Shown one piece after another: positions 49,831-59,443 of a stretch of 64,000 nucleotides of DNA; the first letter of the stretch is position 1; each line of letters begins with the position of its first letter. This stretch comes from Turneriella sp. (GTDB lineage Bacteria > Spirochaetota > Leptospiria > Turneriellales > Turneriellaceae), in contig CBDIID010000003.1 in the NCBI GenBank assembly GCA_965279515.1, positions 2,368,001-2,432,000 on the forward strand, read 5' to 3'. The translations under genes and the position numbers were made by a program. Below the pieces are notes generated by a model. It worked only from the letters and a program-made list of their open reading frames with translations. It was not told the DNA's origin and did not search any database.

Positions 49831-50982
49831 ATGCCTGATTTACTTGCCCAAAAACTTCGTGTCGCCTGGGTGGCCGATATCTTCGACGAGGTCTCAGGCA
49901 TCATCACCGACACGGAAGAGATGTACGAGCTCGCGCAAGCGCGCGGCTATTTCTGGCAACCGGTGACAACCTATAAAAAACCGATCGCTCCGTTCCACAT
50001 TTTTGATCCGATTCTGCCCGTACCCACAGGCAGTTTCTATAAGGGCACCAGCATGTATGTGCCGGATTTCCTCCGCGTTGTACAGTTTTTCCGTAAGAAC
50101 CAAATGAACGTGCTCGTCTCGAATACTCCGGGCGTCATGGGCATGCTCGCGATGGCAGCGGCAAAATATCTTTCACTGCCGTGGGTCGACATTTACCACA
50201 CCGACGTTGATTATTACCTCAATGACCTCGGCAGCCGTCTCGTAAAACCCTTCGTCAAAAACCCGGCGCTGTTTTTTTTGAAGCAATACCAGAAACAGGC
50301 TGACCTGATCTTCGTACGCACGCGCGAATTTTATGACCTGATGCTGAAAAAGGGTCACAAAGAAAGCAAACTGCGTTATTACCCGGCCGGCGTCAATGCA
50401 CGGCACTGGAATCCTGAAAACAACGACCGCGCCGTTTTCAGCCAACACGGTATCGACCCCGAAATGACGGTGGTGATTTTCGTCGGGCGGATTACCAAAG
50501 TGAAAGACATTGAATTCCTGCTCAGGTATTTCGCCGAAGAAAAACCTGCGAAGGCGGTTTGCGCCGTGATCGGTTCCGGGCCTGAGAAAGAGGGCTATGA
50601 AAAAAAATACGCCGGTGACAATATCAAATTCCTTGGTGTGCAACGCGGTCCCGCTTTACAGAAACTCTATGCCAGTGCCGATCTCTATGTCTTACCATCA
50701 GCCAGTGAAACCCTGGGCAAGACCGTGCTCGAAGCGATGGCGTCAGGCACAGGAGTCATCGTCTCAGACAAAGGCGGTCCTAAAGACTACGTGACACATG
50801 GCGAAAACGGGCTCGTCTTCAAGGCCCATGACTATGACTCCTTTAAAGCAGCCATGGACTCACTTTTTAGCGATCGCAATTACATGAAGAAACTCGGTGA
50901 AAACGCCCGCGACTCGATCAGCGACCATACCGATGAAAAACTCTTTGAGTCCTTCACCGGCCACATCGCCGAGCTGGTTTAA
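49831..50982 (+). CDS. Glycosyltransferase family 4
   Basis: YHTD, FVGRITKVK, YASADLYVLPSASETLGKTVLEAMASG. Confidence 0.92.
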   Translation: MPDLLAQKLRVAWVADIFDEVSGIITDTEEMYELAQARGYFWQPVTTYKKPIAPFHIFDPILPVPTGSFYKGTSMYVPDFLRVVQFFRKNQMNVLVSNTPGVMGMLAMAAAKYLSLPWVDIYHTDVDYYLNDLGSRLVKPFVKNPALFFLKQYQKQADLIFVRTREFYDLMLKKGHKESKLRYYPAGVNARHWNPENNDRAVFSQHGIDPEMTVVIFVGRITKVKDIEFLLRYFAEEKPAKAVCAVIGSGPEKEGYEKKYAGDNIKFLGVQRGPALQKLYASADLYVLPSASETLGKTVLEAMASGTGVIVSDKGGPKDYVTHGENGLVFKAHDYDSFKAAMDSLFSDRNYMKKLGENARDSISDHTDEKLFESFTGHIAELV

Positions 50983-51011
50983 AGTTTTCCCGAAGGATTT
51001 TTCGGAGCCTG

Positions 51012-51719
51012 CTAAACCGGAACTTCGATCGCCAGAAGACGCGTCGGCGCCGTGAAGATGATATCGAGCGCCTTGTCGTCCATGATGCCGATGGCGTCAC
51101 GCTTTTCCAGTTTTTCGCCGGCAACTTCGAGACCGCCTTCGATGACAAAAAGATAGAGGCCCGACCGTTCGTGCACACGCGTCAGTCGCGTCTGCACTCC
51201 GGCGTCGAAGATGCCGAGCTGAAACTCCGCCCGCTGGTTGATCCACAGGGCATCCCCGTTTTGTTGCGCGCTGACCACGCGTACAAAGTTGTTGCGGGAT
51301 TTCTCCAGGTCAAAAGTCTTCTGCCCATAGCGCGGTGCGATGCCGCGCTTCTCGGGTAAAATCCAGATCTGCAGAAAATTGACCGGCTTCGCCGGGTCGG
51401 GATTAAACTCCGAATGCATAATGCCGGTACCAGCCGACATGATCTGCACATCGCCGGTCAGAATCGTCTCATCTTTGCCGGTGGAATCCTTGTGCGCGAG
51501 GGAACCAGAAATGGGTATGGAAACGATTTCCATATCTGCATGGCCGTGGCGGCCAAAGCCCATGCCGGGTGCGACAATATCGTCATTGAGCACGCGCAGC
51601 GCCCCGAACTGCATGCGCTCGGGATCCATATAGTCGGCGAAGCTGAACGTATGCCGGCTCTGTAGCCAGCCATGGTCCGCGACACCCCGGGAATCCGCGC
51701 GATGTATCACCTTTTTCAT
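51012..51719 (-). CDS. Pirin family protein (YhhW-like)
   Basis: HGWLQSRHTFSF, FGALRVLNDD, HGHADMEI, MSAGTGIMHSE, FLQIW; start moved to ATG 51719. Confidence 0.94.
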   Translation of the reverse strand: MKKVIHRADSRGVADHGWLQSRHTFSFADYMDPERMQFGALRVLNDDIVAPGMGFGRHGHADMEIVSIPISGSLAHKDSTGKDETILTGDVQIMSAGTGIMHSEFNPDPAKPVNFLQIWILPEKRGIAPRYGQKTFDLEKSRNNFVRVVSAQQNGDALWINQRAEFQLGIFDAGVQTRLTRVHERSGLYLFVIEGGLEVAGEKLEKRDAIGIMDDKALDIIFTAPTRLLAIEVPV

Positions 51720-51851
51720 AGTCCACAGCATAGCTAAAGCCGTCAGAGCCGACAAAAATTTACACTGCGCAAAAAGTGGCCGTTTTCGAAAGCCTGTTTT
51801 TTAAGGCCGTATTTCGCCCGGCCGGCGTATCTCGATAGGTTCGGAGGACAT

Positions 51852-52208
51852 ATGAAACGAGTTTTTATTCTGATTTTAGTGGCTGTTTGCCTCACCAATT
51901 TCGCTTTCGCCCACGACTGTAAGCCCGAGCGACGGGCTCTTTCTGACAAGAATACCGCTGAAAAACGAGCTTTGCACGATAAACATACGGCCGCACGCCG
52001 AGCCTTGCACGATAAACAAGACGAAGAACAAGCCGCGGCGAAAAAGCAGCCGGCCGACGTGAAAACACAACGGAACCTCAACGACAAGCACCGCGCCGAA
52101 AAGCGCAAACTGGCCGATCAGCACCTGGGTGAAAACCGCGCCTTAAAAGATAGCCAGATCAAGGCGAAGGAACAACTGAAAGAAAATTGCGCTAAGAAGC
52201 CGGGTTAA
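51852..52208 (+). CDS. Small secreted protein with 11-residue repeats
   Basis: GGAGG RBS; signal peptide ending AFA; E.RAL.DK repeats. Confidence 0.8.
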   Translation: MKRVFILILVAVCLTNFAFAHDCKPERRALSDKNTAEKRALHDKHTAARRALHDKQDEEQAAAKKQPADVKTQRNLNDKHRAEKRKLADQHLGENRALKDSQIKAKEQLKENCAKKPG

Positions 52209-52328
52209 CGGGCGGGCAATTTACCCGGGAAAATCGCTCAATATCGCAAACGCCTTTTTAGTTGTCACCTTGATTCATAGCAAGGCTTAGCCTAAATGAC
52301 GGCATTTTGGTTTAACCTCTGAGGCATT

Positions 52329-53345
52329 ATGATATTTGACTGGTTTCACTCCCTATTTTCGAACGACATGGGCATCGACTTGGGTACGGCAAACACCCTC
52401 GTCTATGTCAAAGGACAGGGCATCGTGCTCTCCGAACCGTCGGTCGTGGCCATTCAAGCCTCTACCGGTAAGGTGCTCGCGGTGGGCCAGGAAGCCAAGC
52501 GCATGCTGGGTCGTACTCCCGGTGAGATCGTGGCGATCCGCCCGATGAAAGACGGCGTGATCGCCGACTTCGAAACCGTCGAAAAGATGATCCGCTATTT
52601 TATTAATAAGGTTCATAACCGTGCGACACTGGTTAAACCCCGTATCGTCATCGGCGTACCATCAGGCATTACCGAAGTGGAACGCCGCGCGGTGCGTGAG
52701 TCGGCCGAACAGGCTGGCGCGCGCGATATCTTCCTTATAGACGAAGCATTTGCGGCCGCACTCGGCGCAAAAATTCCCGTGCACGAACCTGCGGGTAACA
52801 TGATTATCGATATCGGCGGCGGTACCACCGAGATCGCGGTCATCTCACTCGGCGGTATGGTGATCGCAGATAGTATCCGCATCGGCGGCGACGAATTCGA
52901 CGAAGCCATCATCAAGCACCTGCGTATTCACCACAACCTGATCATCGGTGAGCGCACGGCAGAAGAAATTAAACTCGCGATCGGCAACGCCATGCCCGAG
53001 AAAAAAACGGAAACGTTTGAACTCAAGGGCCGCGATGCTGGCACAGGTCTGCCACGCACGGTACTCATCGACAGCGCAGAAGTGCGCAAGGCTCTCAAAG
53101 AACCCATCGACGCGATTGTCGAAGCGACCAAGATCGCTCTCGAGAAGACGCCTCCCGAACTTGCGGCCGACATTGTCGAACGCGGTATCGTCATGACGGG
53201 CGGCGGTTGCCTGCTCAAAGGTTTAGATAAGCATATTTCAAAAGAAACCGGTGTGCCGGTGATCCGCGCCGAAAACCCGCTGAACTGCGTGGTCGAAGGT
53301 ACGGGTAAGTATCTAGAAGAATTGAAATATCTCAAAGGTCGCTGA
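52329..53345 (+). CDS. mreB: Rod shape-determining protein MreB
   Basis: [44 protein letters not shown]. Confidence 0.98.
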   Translation: MIFDWFHSLFSNDMGIDLGTANTLVYVKGQGIVLSEPSVVAIQASTGKVLAVGQEAKRMLGRTPGEIVAIRPMKDGVIADFETVEKMIRYFINKVHNRATLVKPRIVIGVPSGITEVERRAVRESAEQAGARDIFLIDEAFAAALGAKIPVHEPAGNMIIDIGGGTTEIAVISLGGMVIADSIRIGGDEFDEAIIKHLRIHHNLIIGERTAEEIKLAIGNAMPEKKTETFELKGRDAGTGLPRTVLIDSAEVRKALKEPIDAIVEATKIALEKTPPELAADIVERGIVMTGGGCLLKGLDKHISKETGVPVIRAENPLNCVVEGTGKYLEELKYLKGR

Positions 53346-53463
53346 CCCCACCCCGGCCTTCGGCCACCCCTCCCCACTAACGTGGAGAGGGGTATGTTAA
53401 GATTTCATTTTCCAAAGTAGAAACCTCCCCGTGTCAATGGGGAGGGGGTTAGGGAGCGGGGTT
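53345..53463. repeat. REP-like element, family A: inverted doublet between convergent genes
   Basis: ACCCCACCCCGGCCTTCGGCCACCCCTCCCCACTAACGTGGAGAGGGG, an AT-rich spacer, then CCTCCCCGTGTCAATGGGGAGGGGGTTAGGGAGCGGGGTT. Confidence 0.87.
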
Positions 53464-53950
53464 ATTTACTTGCCCCGCGTACCAGCTGCCAGACATCATT
53501 TAAATACATAACAGAACGCCTGTCTTTGAAAAGTTCGTCCGTCAACGTGTAGGGCGACAGCGATTTTTCTGTGAATACTAACTGCAACTTATACGAATAA
53601 TTTTTTTCCCCGAGGATAGCCCCCGGCACAGAATGCGGCGATGCTGACACAACATTCAGCATAGACACGTAACCGGGTTCCATCCGCACTGCATGCAGCT
53701 TCTGCTGTAGTTTAAAAACCTTTGCCGCGAATTTCGGGAATGCTGAGACGGTGCTGACTTCTTTAAAGGCGAGAAATTTGAACCCACCCTTCTGCCCGGG
53801 TACGGGATGGTTCAGCGGCCGCGATGCATAGTCATAGCCCGGCAGATTTTTCTCAAAACTCTGGATCGCCTGAATCAACTCTTCGTCATTCGTAAATTCC
53901 ACCAGGAGTATGAAACGGCACTGCTGCATGGTTCGACTATTGCTCACCAA
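53462..53950 (-). CDS. Hypothetical protein (possibly divergent DUF4416-like)
   Basis: Last gene of the minus-strand operon; RMEPGYVS weakly recalls the DUF4416 NIDPGY motif. Confidence 0.6.
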   Translation of the reverse strand: MVSNSRTMQQCRFILLVEFTNDEELIQAIQSFEKNLPGYDYASRPLNHPVPGQKGGFKFLAFKEVSTVSAFPKFAAKVFKLQQKLHAVRMEPGYVSMLNVVSASPHSVPGAILGEKNYSYKLQLVFTEKSLSPYTLTDELFKDRRSVMYLNDVWQLVRGASK

Positions 53951-53953
53951 CCA

Positions 53954-55378
53954 TCATATTTTTGGCAATTTGCGGCGCATGAGATCGGTGATCAGCACAC
54001 GAATCTGTACGCGCATCGGCTGGTCTTTTTCTTTTGTATAGAGTTCAAAGAGCGGGGGAATCGACGCATCGGTGTCATACTGCTGGATTGATGCCAGTGC
54101 CGCTGAACGGATGAGGCTTGAATGCTTCTCATTTTGCGCCACGGTAAAGAGCACGGGCAAATGTTTCTTCTGTTTAAAAGTGCCCAGCGCGCTCAGGCTC
54201 TCGATCATGATCGCTTCGCTCTGCGGGTTGGTGATGACGGCCGATAGCGGCTCGGCGCATTTGCTTTCATTGAAGCGGTTGCAGGCATAGGCCGCCCACA
54301 GTAGCAGCTCCTGATCGGTTTCTTTTTTCAGCAGCGTCAGCACACCATTCATGCCACCGCCCGAGCCGAGCGTAAAAAGCCCGCGCAGCAGCGCATGTTT
54401 CTGGGCATGCTCTGTTTCATGCGCCAGCTGCTCGGAGATCGCGTTCGCGTATGTCTTATTCTTTTGGAACAGCGCCGATTCGAGGGCCAGGCTGCGCACC
54501 GCGAGATTCTTGTCCGAGATGAGTTTCTGCAGCGCCGAGGTGACGGGGCCGGTTTTAAAATGCCGCAGAATCTCCACACCCTTCAGGCGCACCTCTTCGT
54601 CGCCGTCGCCCTCGGCTGCGTGGATGACCCCATGCTGCGCCTTGTCAGAACCGATCGCATCGAGGGTTTTCAGCGCAAAATAACGGACATTCTTATTCTG
54701 GTTCGAGAGCTGCAAAAGCAGCAGCGGTACCGCGCGTTCGTCTTTGAGCGCCAGCAGGGTTTCCATCGCATAGATTTTATCGATGGTGTTTTCACCGGCC
54801 AAAAGCTGTCCGATCAAAGGGTAGATGCGCTCGTCTTTTTTTACCGCGACCACCTTATTCGCTTCGGCGCGTAGTTTTGCCTGCGGGTGCACGAGAAAGG
54901 GCGCCACGGCATAGATCAGGTCGGAATTTTTATTCGGGGCCGCGGCCGTCAGGCAGGCGATGGTATAATCGAGATCGTCCTCTACCAGATTCTCTTTGAT
55001 GAGGCGCATCATCTCACGGTGGATGTGTTTGCCTGCTGCCGGGCTTGTCGCTGCCTTGTCGCGGATTGCGTAGAGATACCGCTTGCGGTATTTTTCTTTT
55101 TTGTCGCCAAACCAGTCGGTGATTTTGTCGAGATCTTCTTCTGCGAGATCACGCGCCTTGAAGACCTCGATGACCTTGTCTTCGTCTTTGCTCGCAAGCG
55201 CGGCATCGACCTCGGGGTTCGCGGCCTGTAAAGGAAAGAGCAGGCAGAAAAAAAGCAATACCCCACTCCACCAATCGGCGGGTGGCCTCTTGGCCAACGG
55301 CTGGCGTGGAGCGGTGAATTCAAAAGCGTTTTGCCCCCTCTCCATGTAATGGGGAGGGGGATAGGGGGTGGGGTTCAT
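53954..55378 (-). CDS. HEAT-repeat exported protein; N-terminus derived from a repeat
   Basis: VRYFAL, VRLKGV, VRSLAL, IRSAAL HEAT units; ATG overlaps the folC stop (ATGA). Confidence 0.85.
   Translation of the reverse strand: MNPTPYPPPHYMERGQNAFEFTAPRQPLAKRPPADWWSGVLLFFCLLFPLQAANPEVDAALASKDEDKVIEVFKARDLAEEDLDKITDWFGDKKEKYRKRYLYAIRDKAATSPAAGKHIHREMMRLIKENLVEDDLDYTIACLTAAAPNKNSDLIYAVAPFLVHPQAKLRAEANKVVAVKKDERIYPLIGQLLAGENTIDKIYAMETLLALKDERAVPLLLLQLSNQNKNVRYFALKTLDAIGSDKAQHGVIHAAEGDGDEEVRLKGVEILRHFKTGPVTSALQKLISDKNLAVRSLALESALFQKNKTYANAISEQLAHETEHAQKHALLRGLFTLGSGGGMNGVLTLLKKETDQELLLWAAYACNRFNESKCAEPLSAVITNPQSEAIMIESLSALGTFKQKKHLPVLFTVAQNEKHSSLIRSAALASIQQYDTDASIPPLFELYTKEKDQPMRVQIRVLITDLMRRKLPKI
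55261..55375. repeat. REP-like element, family A, inside a CDS N-terminus
   Basis: CCCCCTCTCCATGTAATGGGGAGGGGGATAGGGGGTGGGGTT, plus CCACCAATCGGC...GCTGGCGTGGAG matching the 3167 copy. Confidence 0.85.
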
Positions 55379-56568
55379 AAAGCGAATCTCGACCTCATTT
55401 CGGCATAAAGTGCCATGCTACCCGTGAACAGGTGAAGCGCACCGGAGTTTTGGAGTATTTCTGCGATACCAGTATCGGTAGTTGTTTGCATGCCGCTTCC
55501 GGCAGGGGCGGCATCATAATACTGGGCATTGGCCACTGGCAGCAAAAAGAGCGATAGCTTCTTCTGAATACCCGCCTTCAAGATCCCGCAAAACCCGGCC
55601 AAATCACGCTCGCGCATGGTGTTCAGAAAAATATTGCATTCGGCTTCAGGCTGTCGATTAACTAACGGCACCAATGCCGCCATCGCCTCGGCATTATGCC
55701 CGCCGTCGAAAATAATCCGGGGCGCTTCCCTGAGACTGCTCCAGCGGCCAAACACTGCTTGCAACAGCACACGTTCGATTTGGGCCATCGCATCCGCAGT
55801 GGGATGCATCGCGTCGGCAATAACCTGGCTCGCAAAGTCGCGGTTGGCTTCGACAAAGCTAGCGCCGCTATTTTCGATGACAATCAGCTCAGCTGCCTTC
55901 TCAGCGGCCATCTGACGCAGCACGCCCAGGGCTTCGGCCGATTGGGGGGGCGAATACACGCGCTGCCCCTTCTGGATGATACCGGCCTTTTCGGCGGCGA
56001 TTTTCTCTAAGGTGTCGCCCAAAATATTCTGGTGATCGAGACCGATACGCGTGATGACCGCAAAGGCCGCTTTCAGGTTATTCGTCGAATCGAGCCTGCC
56101 GCCAAGCCCCGCTTCGACGACGGCCCAGTCACATCCACTGCGCGCGAAGTACAGAAACCCCAGCGCCGTCATAGCATCGAAGAAGGAAAGCGTATGTATG
56201 TCGCCGTCACTCTTCAGCTCGTGCCAGAGTTCTGTCAGAGCCATACCCGCCATCGGGTGGCCATCGACAGTAAAACGCTCGGTCAGACTCACAAAATGCG
56301 GCGAAAGATACGCACCGGTTTTGAATCCCATGGCGGTGAGCGCGCGCGAGAGATACGTCGTGGCGCTGCCTTTGCCCACCGTGCCCACAACATGAATCGT
56401 TTTGTACTTTAGCTGAGGATTACCGATCTTGGCCAGGAAGGTCCTAAGATTTTCGGGCCGGTAAGCATCGGGTGCAAAACGCCGGCTGCGTTCGAAATTG
56501 CGGTCGGCAAAAAAATCGAGAATTTCTTTTTCGACCGGAACGGCATCGGGAGGCAAAAAAGAGCTCAT
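55375..56568 (-). CDS. folC: Folylpolyglutamate/dihydrofolate synthase
   Basis: IHVVGTVGKGS, YLSPH...ER, VEAGLGGRLDSTN, IGLDH, EKAGII, DGGHN. Confidence 0.93.
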   Translation of the reverse strand: MSSFLPPDAVPVEKEILDFFADRNFERSRRFAPDAYRPENLRTFLAKIGNPQLKYKTIHVVGTVGKGSATTYLSRALTAMGFKTGAYLSPHFVSLTERFTVDGHPMAGMALTELWHELKSDGDIHTLSFFDAMTALGFLYFARSGCDWAVVEAGLGGRLDSTNNLKAAFAVITRIGLDHQNILGDTLEKIAAEKAGIIQKGQRVYSPPQSAEALGVLRQMAAEKAAELIVIENSGASFVEANRDFASQVIADAMHPTADAMAQIERVLLQAVFGRWSSLREAPRIIFDGGHNAEAMAALVPLVNRQPEAECNIFLNTMRERDLAGFCGILKAGIQKKLSLFLLPVANAQYYDAAPAGSGMQTTTDTGIAEILQNSGALHLFTGSMALYAEMRSRFAL

Positions 56569-57569
56569 AACGGCGCAGATAATTCAGGCGGCGCTTTATC
56601 CTGTGTCAGCGCGCGCGGCGGACGCGCAAAACCACGCCAGGTATTGTAGATCAGCCGCAATGTTTCGCGGTCGGCCTTCATCTTGACTGCGCGCGCCCAG
56701 ATGCGCTTCAACACCGGCAATTCGCGTTCGCCCGATGCGGCAAGGTAAGCCTGCCAAAGCAGTTGCTCGGCCGATGGTTTGGAAAAATTCTCGGCGCAGA
56801 CAAATTCCAGAATATCAGCTAATTGCACCGAATATTGACGCGGCTTATTTTTGAGCAAACGCGCAACTGCCTCGGAGAGAATTTCGGCAATAAAAGGCGT
56901 AGGCTGCCTCTGCTCATGGAGAAGACGCGCCAGCGGAGCGCCGAATTCGCCGCGGCTGTCGATCCGCCGGTAAAAAGCGATAGCATCGGCCGTCCCGGAT
57001 TCTGCACCGTTTTTTAGCAGCGCAGAAATATAATCGCGGAAGCCCTCCATGGCGCTGGCATCGGCACCGAGCTCTTCCAGAAGCCGCATTGCCCGCGCAT
57101 ACGCTGCTTTTTCGATCGGAGCTTCTTTCGCATGGTGTGCCGTGGCCATCGCAAAGAGATGCGCGGCGGAAGTGCAGGCGCGGATAAAGAGCATTTTGTC
57201 GGTGGCGCTGCGCAGAAAATCCAGCGTGTAGAAATCCTGCCTGCCGAAATTCCAGTAGCTGATGCGCGTCACAGCCTCGCTGCCGGGCGGCGCGAGAACT
57301 TTGCCCTCGCGGCTCAGCAAACGAAAATGCGCGCGGAACGAGACGGCAAAACGCAGCTCGGCCGATTTATTGTCTTTTTGCGACAGGATTTCCAGGTCCT
57401 GCATTTCCAGGTATTCGACGCTGATTTTTTCCGGGGAGGCATGCGCCCGAATGGTCTTGAGCTTGCCATAGAGCCGTTTGACTTCGGCGCTGACAGCCCC
57501 CCTGGCAAAATCGAATTCTTCGAAATCACCGAAGGGTAAATTATCCGGATTCGCCTCAACCTTGCGCAT
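56565..57569 (-). CDS. Hypothetical helical protein
   Basis: 334-aa ORF whose stop overlaps the folC start. Confidence 0.75.
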   Translation of the reverse strand: MRKVEANPDNLPFGDFEEFDFARGAVSAEVKRLYGKLKTIRAHASPEKISVEYLEMQDLEILSQKDNKSAELRFAVSFRAHFRLLSREGKVLAPPGSEAVTRISYWNFGRQDFYTLDFLRSATDKMLFIRACTSAAHLFAMATAHHAKEAPIEKAAYARAMRLLEELGADASAMEGFRDYISALLKNGAESGTADAIAFYRRIDSRGEFGAPLARLLHEQRQPTPFIAEILSEAVARLLKNKPRQYSVQLADILEFVCAENFSKPSAEQLLWQAYLAASGERELPVLKRIWARAVKMKADRETLRLIYNTWRGFARPPRALTQDKAPPELSAPL

Positions 57570-57625
57570 GGGACACCCGCAAGTCGCCCGCGCCCTTGCG
57601 GTTACAAGCCAAAATAGAACGGCGG

Positions 57626-59443
57626 CTACTTCAGCTGCGCTTCGATTTCCTGCAGCCGGTTGATCCAGAGCTGCGTGCCGGCGGGATCGCCCTTCGCCGC
57701 CTCAATCTTACGCTTAATGCGCTTGATCTCGTCGATGCGCCGGTAGGTTTCGGCGAGCGCAGGGTCGGCATCGACATCGAAAGGCGTAGTGAAGAACAGG
57801 TAATGCGCGACGGGGCTTAACACGCGGCTACGCGGATCGCGGTTTGCAATATGCAGGTAATATTTTCCCGCGCCTTTTCCCGTCTTAAAGGCAAAGCGGC
57901 CCGTCGCAATCTTGAGCTTCTTTTTCGGCACGGTATCAGATTTTGTATCGACCTCCGCGAGATATTCGCCCGGCGCCAGGTTCTCCAGAAGGAAATCCGC
58001 CTGGCCGGGTCTTACCATACGCGGTGCGATCTGGTTTTGCAGCAGGACTTCAGGTTCCGGCGGCTGGTATTGCCAGACCAACGGAATATGGTAGATACGC
58101 GAAAGTGACCCGGTGCGAACATTGCGTACCTGAAGATGCAGCGCATACGCCCCTTCCTTGCGCGCCGAAAACTGCAGCGTATCAGAAGGAATGAGCTTGG
58201 CTTCGTTCAGGGGCTCGGAGTCGGGATCCTGGTTGAGCAGATAGCGGTATGCGTATTCGCTCCCCTTGGGCCTTGCCCAATTGACGATCATCACCGGCGG
58301 GTTGCGTTTCACGTCGAGCCGCCAGTCGATGTCGGTGATGATAGCGGTGGGAGCGCTCCACGTTTCCAGGAAAATATGCCTGAGATCGGTCTCCAGCAGA
58401 AAGTTGAGCTGGTTCGTGTTATCGATCAGCGGATAAACCCGCCCCGGCCAAAACAGTTTGCGCTCTTCGAGCTTGGGCTTCTTGCGGGGTCGGGGAAAAT
58501 CATCGTATACCAAACGATAAGCCGAAGACATCTGCTCGCCGGTTAAAATGATATTGAGTTCTTTATTAAAATTGACCGGTATCACACGTTCTGCAAGGGC
58601 GAGGCGGCGATCCTTCTCGAGCAAATTGCGCCGCAGTTCTCCCGCAGAAATATCGAACTGCCAGAGGCCGCCCTCGTGGTCGATGCCGATGAGGTGCATT
58701 GTATTGCGGTAGTTATAATAACGCGCGTATTTGACCGGGAAAGGCAGGGGGTAATGCCGGTACTCCCCGTTCTTCCAGAAAGTCCAGGTCATGCCGGCGG
58801 GTGATGAACTGACATAATGTATGCCGCCGTCGCCCCATTGCAGAAACATCCTTTCGATCGGGTCGCGGCTCACCATAATATCCTGCGTGCGCTGCTCGCT
58901 CCAGTACTTGATGGCATAGGTCTTGCGATCGTAAGCGTAGAACAGGCAGGATGGATTGCCGTAGGTAATGTTCACGCGCGCGTCGACATCATAGACATTG
59001 TAACCCAATGCAAACTCATTCGAATAGCGGATCGCCCCGGTGAAATCCATCGCCACGAACTGCATGATCTTTTCGGGATTATAGACGCTGACGACAAGAT
59101 CGCCGTCTTCCATCGGAAAATGTTTCACGAGATCAGGATTGCGCCGGAAACGCATGATTTTCTGCAGCGTGTTTCCCTGATCGACGACACGGCCATAGAT
59201 GAGGTTGTTCTCATCATCCATCGCGAAAAAGCGCGTGATCCAAGAATGCCACTGCGTGCGTATCAGGCGCAGCTTACTGATCGGCCAATCGGATTCGGCG
59301 TGGAGGGCAGTAAGGGAGAATATAAGCAACAGAGCAAATCGCCCCACCCCCTTTCCCCCTCCCCAATTCTGGGGAGGGGGGATAAGTCTCCCTTCCCCCA
59401 GACTTGGGGGAAGGGTCGGGGATAGGGGCGAATGGGGATTCAC
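57626..59443 (-). CDS. Exported hypothetical protein with Ig-like beta-sandwich units; N-terminus derived from a repeat
   Basis: GTG 59443 overlaps the upstream stop (GTGA); hydrophobic core FALLLIFSLTALHA; repeated G.Y.LH...R.....S...HY motif. Confidence 0.8.
   Translation of the reverse strand: MNPHSPLSPTLPPSLGEGRLIPPPQNWGGGKGVGRFALLLIFSLTALHAESDWPISKLRLIRTQWHSWITRFFAMDDENNLIYGRVVDQGNTLQKIMRFRRNPDLVKHFPMEDGDLVVSVYNPEKIMQFVAMDFTGAIRYSNEFALGYNVYDVDARVNITYGNPSCLFYAYDRKTYAIKYWSEQRTQDIMVSRDPIERMFLQWGDGGIHYVSSSPAGMTWTFWKNGEYRHYPLPFPVKYARYYNYRNTMHLIGIDHEGGLWQFDISAGELRRNLLEKDRRLALAERVIPVNFNKELNIILTGEQMSSAYRLVYDDFPRPRKKPKLEERKLFWPGRVYPLIDNTNQLNFLLETDLRHIFLETWSAPTAIITDIDWRLDVKRNPPVMIVNWARPKGSEYAYRYLLNQDPDSEPLNEAKLIPSDTLQFSARKEGAYALHLQVRNVRTGSLSRIYHIPLVWQYQPPEPEVLLQNQIAPRMVRPGQADFLLENLAPGEYLAEVDTKSDTVPKKKLKIATGRFAFKTGKGAGKYYLHIANRDPRSRVLSPVAHYLFFTTPFDVDADPALAETYRRIDEIKRIKRKIEAAKGDPAGTQLWINRLQEIEAQLK
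59341..59437. repeat. REP-like element, family A: doublet inside a CDS N-terminus
   Basis: CCCCCTCCCCAATTCTGGGGAGGGGG and CCCTTCCCCCAGACTTGGGGGAAGGG hairpins, head to head. Confidence 0.87.
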
